This document shows, piece by piece, positions 8,832 to 17,153 of a stretch of 64,000 nucleotides of DNA; the first letter of the stretch is position 1, and the number at the start of each line of letters is the position of its first letter. Under the pieces are notes generated by a model. That model had not been told where the DNA came from and did not search any database. It saw only the letters and a list, made by a program, of their open reading frames with translations. Both the position numbers and the translations under genes were made by a program. The DNA comes from Syntrophales bacterium. GTDB taxonomy: Bacteria; Desulfobacterota; Syntrophia; Syntrophales; UBA6807. The DNA lies in contig JAXGPA010000002.1 of NCBI GenBank assembly GCA_040767195.1, forward strand, positions 256,001 to 320,000, read 5' to 3'.

Positions 8832-10340
8832 TCACAGGCGAACCCGAAAAGCCGTTCCCTTTCCCCGTTCCGTTTCCACCAGGATCTCGCCGCCGTTGTT
8901 CCGAACGATCCGCTCACAGATGGAAAGGCCGAGTCCCGTCCCCCCCCTCTTGGTGGTGAAGAAAGGCTTGAAGATGTCCGCCATGGCTTCTTCGGGGATC
9001 CCTTCCCCGGTGTCCCTGACGATGAGTTCGACGGATTCCTTCTTCCCCGTCCTGGAGCGCGCCGTTTCGAAGGTGAGTTCACCCCCCCGGGGCATGGCGT
9101 CCAGGGCGTTCAACCCCAGGTTGAGGAGCACCTGGATCATCTGTTCGCCGTCCACTCGAGCGGTTGGAAGGCCCTCGTCGAGTTCCGTGCGGATCGTCAC
9201 CCCCCGGGGCAGGCCCATGGTTTTGAGGAGGGAAACGACCTTTTCCACGATCCCGTTCAGGTTCTGCTTTTCCGGCCGGCCCGACTGGGGCCGGGCGTAG
9301 TTGAGGAACTGGGACACGACGGTGTTCAGGCGGTTCGTCTCCTCGACGATGACATCCAGGAGTTTCCGGCTCTCGCCGGCGTCGGCGTCGAGACGGAGAT
9401 ACTCGGCGGCCCCCTTGATGGATCCCAGGGGGTTCCGGATTTCATGGGCCAGCCCCGTGGCCATCTCTTCGAGGAGAAGGGCCCGCTCCCGCTCGATGTC
9501 CTCCAGGCGGAAGGAGCGGAAGATTTTTTTCCCCGCCGGGAAGAAACGCCGCAGAAGCCGCCGGAGAAGACCCCGGACGGGATTCATGAAAACGACGACA
9601 AGCCAGGCCAGGGCGAACACGGCGGGAAGAGGGATCGGGGACACGTTTCCCGAGAGGAAGGTGACCCCGTAATAGACGGTCATGACGAAGATCATGAGCC
9701 CGAAAGAGTAAAAAACCCGAAGGATGGCCTCGTTGAGCGCCGGAAGGCGGGGGTGGCGGAGGGAGAGGTACAGGAGATAAAGAAGAACCGCCTCCACGAG
9801 ATCGGAGAGGTGAAGGACGTCCTGCCGGCCCCGGAGGAGCCCCGTGTCAACGACGGTGAGCACAAAGGCGAGGGTGGCGACGGCGAGAAGGTAGGCCGCC
9901 TTCTTCTTTTCCACGGAGGGGACGTCACTGCGGATATAGACCAGAAGAGCCGCCAGGCAAAGGAGAAAAACGATTCCCCCGTAGCCCTGGTAAATGAGGA
10001 ACAGGTGGGGCCACCGTTCAGGGGGCAGGACAAGAAAGAGAAGCAGAAAAAGACTGATCCCCGCTGAAAGGAGGATTTCACGGTAGGAGATGAAGGTGCG
10101 TCCCCTGAGGTAGGCGCGGGTGAGAAAAAGCACCGAGGGCGGCAGGGTCAGGGTCGCGGCGGACCAAGCGGTTTTCCAGGCCGTCAGGGGGAAGACGCCG
10201 TCCAGGATGAGGCTCGTTTTCTGAACGAAAACGGCGACACAGACCAGGATAAAAGCGCTGACGAGCCGGTCCCTCTTTCCCTCGAAAAGGAGAAGGACGG
10301 CAAAAGAGAGGCTTGCCAGCGCGACGATAAGACGTTCCAT
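8832..10340 (-). CDS. Sensor histidine kinase with multi-TM N-terminal domain
   Basis: AHEIRNPLGSI H-box, NLGLNALDAM N-box, DTGEGI, FFTTK, GTGLGL; about 7 hydrophobic segments in the N-terminal half. Confidence 0.92.
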   Translation of the reverse strand: MERLIVALASLSFAVLLLFEGKRDRLVSAFILVCVAVFVQKTSLILDGVFPLTAWKTAWSAATLTLPPSVLFLTRAYLRGRTFISYREILLSAGISLFLLLFLVLPPERWPHLFLIYQGYGGIVFLLCLAALLVYIRSDVPSVEKKKAAYLLAVATLAFVLTVVDTGLLRGRQDVLHLSDLVEAVLLYLLYLSLRHPRLPALNEAILRVFYSFGLMIFVMTVYYGVTFLSGNVSPIPLPAVFALAWLVVVFMNPVRGLLRRLLRRFFPAGKKIFRSFRLEDIERERALLLEEMATGLAHEIRNPLGSIKGAAEYLRLDADAGESRKLLDVIVEETNRLNTVVSQFLNYARPQSGRPEKQNLNGIVEKVVSLLKTMGLPRGVTIRTELDEGLPTARVDGEQMIQVLLNLGLNALDAMPRGGELTFETARSRTGKKESVELIVRDTGEGIPEEAMADIFKPFFTTKRGGTGLGLSICERIVRNNGGEILVETERGKGTAFRVRL

Positions 10341-10391
10341 CAAGGGTGTCCCTTTTCCCTGCCTGTCTCTTCGTATTCCTTGCCCGGCAAA

Positions 10392-11741
10392 TCAGGAAAG
10401 GGCCTTCCGGACGGCCTGGGAGATTTTCCGGCAGTGACGGATGGTTTCCTCCTCCGTCGGGGCCTCCACCATGACCCGGCAAAGATTCTGGGTGCCCGAG
10501 TACCGGACGAGGACCCGTCCCCTTTCTCCCAGTTTCCGCTCCGCTTCACGGATCGCCGTCATGACGGCGGGAACGGTCTCGAGCTCCGGTTTCTCCCGGA
10601 CCTCGACGTTTACGAGCCTCTGGGGATAGACGGTCATGACGGCGGCCAGCCGCGACAGGGCGCTTTTCTCCCGGACTATGACGGCGGCCAGCTGAAGGGC
10701 CGTGACGATCCCGTCACCCGTGGTCTGGTGGTTCAGGAAAATGAGATGGCCCGAATCCTCGCCCCCCAGGATGGCACCGGTGGCCCGCATCCTTTCCAGG
10801 ACGTACCGGTCTCCCACGTCGGCGATTTCCACGTCGATGCCCATTTCTTTCATGGCCCGGTGAAAGCCGAGGTTGCTCATGACGGTGCTCACGACCCGGT
10901 TGTTCCAGAGAACGCCCTCTTCCTTCATGCGCCGGGCACAGATAGCCATCATGGGGTCCCCGGTGACGATGTTTCCCTTTTCGTCCACGGCGATGCATCG
11001 GTCGCCGTCCCCGTCAAAGGCGAAACCGGCATGGGCCTTTTCCCGGATCACCCGGGCCGCCAGGTGGGCCGTGTGCTGGGAGCCGCAGCCGTCGTTGATG
11101 TTGACGCCGTTCGGTTCCGCGAAGAGGGTGACCACCGTGGCACCGAGCTCGGAAAAGGCCTCCGGCGCCACCCGGGACGTCGCCCCGTTGGAACAGTCGA
11201 GAACGACCCGCAGGCCTTCCAGGGTGAGGGCCTTGGGAAAGGTGCTCTTTAGAAAAACGATGTACCGGCCCCGGGCGTCCTTGATGTAGGAGATCTTCCC
11301 CACGTCGGCGGGCAATGTCGCCAGGTTTTCCGGGTCGTCGGAAAGGATCCGTTTTTCTATTTCTTCTTCCGTTTCATCGGGAAGCTTGAAGCCCCCGCCG
11401 GAAAAAATCTTTATTCCGTTGTCCCTGTAGGGGTTGTGGGAAGCGGAAACGACGATGCCCGCGTCGGCCCGCATGCTCCCCGTGAGGAAGGCGATGCCGG
11501 GCGTCGGAAGGACCCCGACCCGAAGAACATCGGCCCCCATGGAGCAGATCCCCGAAACGAGGGCGCTCTCGATCATGTCGCCGGAGAGCCGGGTATCCTT
11601 CCCCACGACGATCCGGGTGTTGTGGCCTTTCCGCTTGAACAGGCGGGCCGTGGCCCGGCCGACCCGGAGGGCCATCTCCGCCGTCATGGGGTATTCGTTG
11701 GCCCTGCCGCGGATGCCGTCGGTACCGAAGAGCTTTCCCAT
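10392..11741 (-). CDS. glmM: Phosphoglucosamine mutase
   Basis: FGTDGIRG, SASHNP, DGDGDR, VGDRYV, RYSGT; start at ATG 11741. Confidence 0.95.
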   Translation of the reverse strand: MGKLFGTDGIRGRANEYPMTAEMALRVGRATARLFKRKGHNTRIVVGKDTRLSGDMIESALVSGICSMGADVLRVGVLPTPGIAFLTGSMRADAGIVVSASHNPYRDNGIKIFSGGGFKLPDETEEEIEKRILSDDPENLATLPADVGKISYIKDARGRYIVFLKSTFPKALTLEGLRVVLDCSNGATSRVAPEAFSELGATVVTLFAEPNGVNINDGCGSQHTAHLAARVIREKAHAGFAFDGDGDRCIAVDEKGNIVTGDPMMAICARRMKEEGVLWNNRVVSTVMSNLGFHRAMKEMGIDVEIADVGDRYVLERMRATGAILGGEDSGHLIFLNHQTTGDGIVTALQLAAVIVREKSALSRLAAVMTVYPQRLVNVEVREKPELETVPAVMTAIREAERKLGERGRVLVRYSGTQNLCRVMVEAPTEEETIRHCRKISQAVRKALS

Positions 11742-11933
11742 ATGAACCTTTCTTCGAGAGCGGGCAGGCTCCCGAACTCGGCATGGATTCATCTGCAATG
11801 TGCAATGGGAGGGTTTTTATCCCATTTGGTCCCCTTTTGCAATCCCGGCCTGCGTAATCGTTTTCCCGATGCGAAGGGGAATACCCTGAAAATTGTATGT
11901 CCCGGTCCTGGAAAACCACCCAGCAGGGAACAA

Positions 11934-11968
11934 TATATATTAATGAAATCATATAGATGTAATATATA
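11934..11968. promoter_or_regulatory. AT-rich inverted repeat containing an IHF-like site
   Basis: tatatatta-17 nt-taatatata perfect 9-bp IR; internal AATCAT-ATAG-ATG has 2 mismatches to WATCAANNNNTTR. Confidence 0.4.
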
Positions 11969-11986
11969 AACGAAACAGGGGCTCTC

Positions 11987-12002
11987 TGGCATAATATCTG
12001 CT
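11987..12002 (+). promoter_or_regulatory. Putative sigma54 (-24/-12) promoter of the fab cluster
   Basis: TGGCATAATATCTGCT: GG-N10-GC with TGGCA and TGCT flanks, 40 nt upstream of fabD. Confidence 0.6.
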
Positions 12003-12041
12003 CTCTCATGAAACGCCGCAAAAAGATTAAGAGGTGTCTTC

Positions 12042-12986
12042 TTGAACAATTCGAATATCGCCGTTGTTTTCCCAGGCCAGGGGGTCCAGCGGGCCGGCAT
12101 GGGGAAGGATTTTTTCGACCATATCCCGGAAAGCCGGCGGGTCTTCGAGGAAGCATCGGATGCTCTCGGGTGGGACGCGGCCGCCCTGTGCTTCGGGGAA
12201 GACAAGCGGCTCGACCTGACGGAATACGCCCAGCCCTGCATCCTGGCGACGGAAATCGCCATGCTCCGCGGCATCGAGAGCCGCTTCGATTTCAGGCCCC
12301 GATGGTTCGGCGGTCACAGCCTCGGCGAGTACACGGCCCTCATCGCCGCCGGCGCCCTGCCTTTTGCGGAGACTGTTAAAATCGTGCACACCCGGGGCCA
12401 TCTCATGCAGGAAGCGGCCCCCCTGGGAACGGGAACCATGGCGGCGGTCATCTCTCCCCGCCTGGACCTCGGCGTGGTGGAGCGGGCCATTGGGAATCTT
12501 CCCATCGATGTGGCCAACGACAACTCGGCCCAGCAGGCGGTCATCAGCGGGGACAGGAGGGCCATGCCCGAGGCGGAGGAACGGCTTGCCGGAGCACTGG
12601 CGGGAGAGGGGTTTTTCCGTTTCGTGACCCTCAACGTGAGCGCCCCCTTTCACAGCCGCTTCATGGCCACCATCCAGGATGTTTTCCGGGAAGCCCTGGA
12701 ATTTCTCCGGCGGTTCCTTTCGCCCGCCAACGCGGGCACCGTCACGTCCAACTTCACCGGGCACTTCCACTCGGAAAACATGAACCGGATCATCGAACAT
12801 CTCACCCTGCAGCTGAGCCACACCGTCCGGTGGCGGGACAACATGAAGACCCTGGCGGAAAGGGCTGAAACGATTTATGAAATCGGCCCCGGCCGGCCTC
12901 TCCGGGACTTCTTCCGGACCCTCGATCTGGCCTGCCAGTCCGTGACCACCCTGTCCTCGGCGGAGAGACTTTTCAGAGCGAATTGA
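12042..12986 (+). CDS. fabD: Malonyl-CoA:ACP transacylase
   Basis: FPGQG, AQPCI, GHSLGE, RG..MQ, VSAPFHS, TVRW; TTG start after AAGAGG. Confidence 0.9.
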   Translation: MNNSNIAVVFPGQGVQRAGMGKDFFDHIPESRRVFEEASDALGWDAAALCFGEDKRLDLTEYAQPCILATEIAMLRGIESRFDFRPRWFGGHSLGEYTALIAAGALPFAETVKIVHTRGHLMQEAAPLGTGTMAAVISPRLDLGVVERAIGNLPIDVANDNSAQQAVISGDRRAMPEAEERLAGALAGEGFFRFVTLNVSAPFHSRFMATIQDVFREALEFLRRFLSPANAGTVTSNFTGHFHSENMNRIIEHLTLQLSHTVRWRDNMKTLAERAETIYEIGPGRPLRDFFRTLDLACQSVTTLSSAERLFRAN

Positions 12987-13010
12987 TCCCCTGCGCACAT
13001 CCCGCGGTCA

Positions 13011-13042
13011 TCCCCTCTCCCCCCGGGGCGGGGAATTTTTTT
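13011..13042 (+). terminator. Putative intrinsic terminator between fabD and the acyl-CoA dehydrogenase gene
   Basis: tcccctctcc-cccc-ggggcgggga GC hairpin followed by attttttt. Confidence 0.4.
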
Positions 13043-13058
13043 GGTAAAGGACTCGACC

Positions 13059-14258
13059 ATGAATTTTGAATTGTCGGAAGAGCAGAAAACTTACACGGAA
13101 ACGGTTGGGAAGTTCGTCCGAAAGGAGATCCTCCCGGATGTGCTGGCCCTTGAACAGGCCCACGGGTTCCCGTGGGCCGTCGTCACGAAAGCCTGGGAGC
13201 TCGGATTTCTCAATCTTTCCGTCCCCGAATCCGTCCGGGGGTACGCCGTCGACGCCGTCTCCACGGCCCTCATTGTCCGGGAGCTTTCCTACGGCGACAC
13301 GGGCATCTCCACCTCCGCCATGTGCAACGACCTGGCCAACGTGGTCATCGCCCGGCACGGCACCCCGGAACAGCGGGAACGGTTCCTCCGCCCCTTCGTG
13401 GACGCCCCCCTCCTGGCTTCCTTCTGCCTCACCGAACCGGGTGCGGGCTCGGACAACGCGGCCATGACCACCTTCATCCAGAAGAAGGAAGGCGGCCGGT
13501 ACGTCCTGAACGGCGAAAAGTGCTTCATCACCAACGGGTCCTTCGCCTCCCAGTTCACCGTTTTCTGCAAGGTGGGGAACCCGAAGGGCCTCATGATGGC
13601 CTGCGTCATCGTCCCCCAGGACATCGTGTCCCGGGGGGAGACGGTGGAACACCCCAACGGGTCCCGGGAGATCCGCCTTCCCGGCGGCGGGACGATCCGC
13701 ACGGGGAAACCGGAAGACAAGCTCGGACAGAAGCTCTCCAACACCGCCACGGTGACCTTCGAGGACGTTCCCGTCGACGACGGCCAGATCATCGGCGACC
13801 GCAGGAGAGGCTTCCAGTACGTCGTGGACGTCCTGGATTTCGCCAGGCCCATGGTGGCCGCCATCGGCGTGGGCCTCGCCCGGCGGGCCTTCGATGTCAC
13901 CCTGGACTATACCCGGACCAGGAAACAATTCGGGCAGAGGATCTGCGACCTCCCCGTCGCCCGGGACATGCTCGTCAAGATGTGGAAAAAGGTCGCGCTT
14001 TCCGAGCTGGCCCTCATGCAGGCGGCGTGGAAGGTGGAAACGGGCGCGGAGGACCGGGGAATCTACGCCTCCCTGGCGAAGAACGCCGCCGCCGAGGCCG
14101 CCCTTTTCTGCGCCAACGAGGGACTCCATCTTCACGGCGGCTACGGGTTCATGTCCGAGTACGAGATTTCCAAGCTGGCCCGGGACGCCCACATCATCGA
14201 CATCTACGAGGGCGTCCGGGAGGTCCAGGACATGATCATCGGCCGGGAAATCGTTTAG
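13059..14258 (+). CDS. Acyl-CoA/acyl-ACP dehydrogenase family protein
   Basis: FCLTEPGAGSD, LNGEKCFITNG, KLG, RKQFG, HGGYGF, IYEG (catalytic Glu); start at ATG 13059. Confidence 0.9.
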   Translation: MNFELSEEQKTYTETVGKFVRKEILPDVLALEQAHGFPWAVVTKAWELGFLNLSVPESVRGYAVDAVSTALIVRELSYGDTGISTSAMCNDLANVVIARHGTPEQRERFLRPFVDAPLLASFCLTEPGAGSDNAAMTTFIQKKEGGRYVLNGEKCFITNGSFASQFTVFCKVGNPKGLMMACVIVPQDIVSRGETVEHPNGSREIRLPGGGTIRTGKPEDKLGQKLSNTATVTFEDVPVDDGQIIGDRRRGFQYVVDVLDFARPMVAAIGVGLARRAFDVTLDYTRTRKQFGQRICDLPVARDMLVKMWKKVALSELALMQAAWKVETGAEDRGIYASLAKNAAAEAALFCANEGLHLHGGYGFMSEYEISKLARDAHIIDIYEGVREVQDMIIGREIV

Positions 14259-14271
14259 GGGACGGCGGATC

Positions 14272-15261
14272 ATGCTCTACATACACGGCATGGGGCACTT
14301 CCACCCCGAAAACGTCATCACGAACCGGTTCATCGAGGATCTGGACATCGGGAGCAGCGAGGAATGGATCCAGGAGCGGGTGGGAATTCACGCCCGGCGG
14401 ACCGCCCTCGACCTCGACTACATCCGGACGACGAAAAACCGGGATCCCCGGGCGGCCGCCGCGGCAAGCCACTACACCAACGCCAGGACGGGAGCCCTGG
14501 CCGCGGAAATGGCCCTGGACCGGGCCGGGCTCACGCCCGGAGACATCGGCCTCGTCCTTTCCGGCAGCTCCGCCCCGGACCACCTGACGCCGGCGGAGGC
14601 GGCCACCGTCGCCGGGGAACTGGGAATCGAGGCGCCCTCCCTGGACCTGAATTCCGCCTGCAGCACCTTCGCCATGCAGGCGGCCTGGCTCAGCTGGATG
14701 CGGCCGGAGAAGCTGCCCCCCTTCATTCTCCTGGTCCAGCCGGAAAACCTGACCCGGAGCGTCGATTACAGCGACCGGCGGGTGGCCCCCCTGTTCGGGG
14801 ACGGGTCGAGCGCCGCCGTGGTGTCGGCGACGGTCCCCTCGAAAATCCGCATCCTCGACGCCTTCTGCGGCTCCACCCCCTCCCAGTGGGACAAGGTCTG
14901 CATTCCCCGGTTCTCCCATTTTTACCAGAACGGAAATGCCGTCCAGGGCTTTGCCATCCGCCGGAGCACCGATTCCCTGAAACAGCTCGAGGACAAATAC
15001 GGAAAGGGAAAGGGGCCCTTTGTATTCATCGGCCACCAGGCCAATTACGGCATGCTCCGGACAGTGTGCGAGCGGAGCGGCATCCCCGACGAAAACCACT
15101 GGTACAACGTGGTGGATTACGGCAACACGGGCTGCTCCAGCGGTCCCGCCGTTCTGAGCCAGCGGTGGGAGCGGCTGAACCCGGGGGACCGTATCGCCAT
15201 GGTCCTCGTGGGGTCGGGGCTTTCCTGGGCCAGCCTCATGATCGCGGTGGCCAGGGCGTAA
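14272..15261 (+). CDS. 3-oxoacyl-ACP synthase III (FabH-like)
   Basis: Cys-His-Asn triad: SACS, HQAN, GNT; LFGDG motif. Confidence 0.85.
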   Translation: MLYIHGMGHFHPENVITNRFIEDLDIGSSEEWIQERVGIHARRTALDLDYIRTTKNRDPRAAAAASHYTNARTGALAAEMALDRAGLTPGDIGLVLSGSSAPDHLTPAEAATVAGELGIEAPSLDLNSACSTFAMQAAWLSWMRPEKLPPFILLVQPENLTRSVDYSDRRVAPLFGDGSSAAVVSATVPSKIRILDAFCGSTPSQWDKVCIPRFSHFYQNGNAVQGFAIRRSTDSLKQLEDKYGKGKGPFVFIGHQANYGMLRTVCERSGIPDENHWYNVVDYGNTGCSSGPAVLSQRWERLNPGDRIAMVLVGSGLSWASLMIAVARA

Positions 15262-15301
15262 TCGAAAAAATGGCTATTTTCAAAATGCTTAAGGGATCAG
15301 G

Positions 15302-15895
15302 ATGACATACGAAGAATTCAACGGGAAATCGTCTTTCACCCAGGAGGAACTCCTGGCCTTCTCTTACGGCCGGCTCGTGGACAACCCGCCGGCGGCTTTC
15401 GACGCCCGGCTTCCGGCTCCGCCCTTTCTCATGATCGACCGGATCACGGAAATCAACGCCGACGGGAAAAGAGGGGAAATCCGGGCGGAGCAGGACGTGC
15501 GCCTCGACGCCTGGTATTTTCAGTGCCACATGCCCGGGGACCCCGTCCAGCCGGGGTGCCTGTGCGTCGACGCCATCTGGCAGCTTCTGGGCTTCTACTG
15601 CGTGTGGCGGGGCGGCCAGGGCGCCGGAAGGGCTCTGGGCTGCGAGGAAGTCCAGTTTTCCGGGCAGATTCGTCCCCGGAATCGAATCGTCACCTATCAC
15701 GTGGAAATCCGGCGCTTCGCCATCCTGAAGGACTCGGGAAGCTCCATCACCATCGGGGACGGTCACATCGCCGTGGACGGCGAATCCATCATGACCGTCC
15801 GGAACGCCAAATCGGGAACGTTCCAGGGAATCACCTATCCCGATTACCCGCTGGCCACCCCGCTCAGCCGGGGGGGGCTGATGAGCAAGGAATGA
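15302..15895 (+). CDS. fabA: 3-hydroxydecanoyl-ACP dehydratase/isomerase (FabA type)
   Basis: LPAPPFLMIDRI, WYFQCHMPGDPVQPGCLCVDAIWQLLGF (His/Asp dyad), GRALG..EV.FSGQ. Confidence 0.8.
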   Translation: MTYEEFNGKSSFTQEELLAFSYGRLVDNPPAAFDARLPAPPFLMIDRITEINADGKRGEIRAEQDVRLDAWYFQCHMPGDPVQPGCLCVDAIWQLLGFYCVWRGGQGAGRALGCEEVQFSGQIRPRNRIVTYHVEIRRFAILKDSGSSITIGDGHIAVDGESIMTVRNAKSGTFQGITYPDYPLATPLSRGGLMSKE

Positions 15896-15958
15896 TGACG
15901 GCTTTTTAGAAAGCCGCCCGAAGAAAACGTTTCAGGAGTGCTTGTGAGCAAAGGAATA

Positions 15959-16687
15959 ATGGAAGAAAAAAAAGTCGCCGTCGTCACCGGAGCCTCCGGC
16001 GGGATCGGAAGCGCCTGCTGCCGCGCCCTGGCGGAAGAGGGATTTCGTGTGGGCATTCACTACCGGACGGGAAAGGAAGCGGCGGAAAGACTGTCCAAGA
16101 AACTTTCCGGGAGTTTCCTCCTTCACGCCGATCTGGGAGACCCCGAAGGGATCGACCGGATGGTGGAGGAGATCCGGAAAGGGGCCGGACGGGTCGATGT
16201 CCTCGTCAACAACGCGGGCCTTTCGATCAACCGGGACATCCACACCATGAAGATGGAGGAATTCGACGCCCAGCGGCAGATGGCCCGGGGCGCCTGGTAT
16301 CTCACAAAACGGGTTCTCCGGCTCTTCATGCTCCGAAGAAACGAAGGGCGGATCATCACCATCTCCAGTGTCGTCGGCCACACGGGGAACGCCGGGCAGA
16401 TCCCCTACACCATGGAGAAGGCGGCCATGGACGCCATGACCCGCTCCCTGGCCCGGGAACTCGCCGGACGGAACATTCTCGTCAACGCCGTCGCGCCGGG
16501 CTTCATCGAGACGGCCATGACGGCGGTTCTTCCGGAAGAGATCCAGGCAGGCATCGTGAAGGACATTCCCCTCGGGCGGATCGGCCGCCCCGAGGAAGTC
16601 GCCGAGGTGGTCGCCTTCCTCGCCACCAAAGGGAGCTACATCACGGGCACGGTCATTCACGTGAACGGAGGGCTCTATGGCGGCTGA
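15959..16687 (+). CDS. fabG: 3-oxoacyl-ACP reductase (SDR)
   Basis: TGASGGIG, VNNAG, SSVVG..GNAGQ, Y...K, APGFIET.MT, VNGG. Confidence 0.82.
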   Translation: MEEKKVAVVTGASGGIGSACCRALAEEGFRVGIHYRTGKEAAERLSKKLSGSFLLHADLGDPEGIDRMVEEIRKGAGRVDVLVNNAGLSINRDIHTMKMEEFDAQRQMARGAWYLTKRVLRLFMLRRNEGRIITISSVVGHTGNAGQIPYTMEKAAMDAMTRSLARELAGRNILVNAVAPGFIETAMTAVLPEEIQAGIVKDIPLGRIGRPEEVAEVVAFLATKGSYITGTVIHVNGGLYGG

Positions 16688-17153
16688 CGCGACGACGCGA
16701 AGGGACATCCTCGAGAGAGTTCCCCAGAAACCCCCGTTTCGTTTCATCGACCACATCCTGGAACTGGACGATCACCACGTGGTGGGGTCCTATCGATTCC
16801 GGGAGGACGAGTTTTTTTACCGGGGACATTTCCCGGGCTATCCCGTGACACCGGGAGTGATTCTCGTGGAGACCATGGCCCAGACCGGCGTCGTCGCCTT
16901 CGGTCTCTATCTCCTGGAGCGGCAGGGGATCTCCCCCGGCGACATGGACCGCATGGTAACCCTCTTCACCCTCATGGATAACGTGGAGTTTTATGAAATC
17001 GTCAAGCCCGGGGACCGTGTCCTGGTTCACGGTGAAAAGGTGTACTTCCGCAGAGGAAGCCTGAAAACGTCCGTCCGCATGACCCTGGAGACGGGGCGAC
17101 TCGTCTCCTCGGGAACGCTGGCGGGAATGGGAGTCAAAAAAAATGAAGCGTAG
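16677..17153 (+). CDS. 3-hydroxyacyl-ACP dehydratase (FabZ-like)
   Basis: PF.FID, GHFPGYPVTPGVILVETMAQ (His/Glu dyad), VKPGD. Confidence 0.82.
   Translation: MAADATTRRDILERVPQKPPFRFIDHILELDDHHVVGSYRFREDEFFYRGHFPGYPVTPGVILVETMAQTGVVAFGLYLLERQGISPGDMDRMVTLFTLMDNVEFYEIVKPGDRVLVHGEKVYFRRGSLKTSVRMTLETGRLVSSGTLAGMGVKKNEA

Noticed and set aside
7279..9300. 673-aa plus-strand ORF and other long antisense ORFs (e.g. 55795-58077, 42527-44089, 17134-18885, 5557-6984)
   Set aside because: Shadow frames opposite well-supported genes, expected in GC-rich DNA; no recognisable motifs.
15897..15918. gacggctttttagaaagccg after fabA, resembling the repeat's left arm or a small hairpin
   Set aside because: Too short, and no partner arm nearby.
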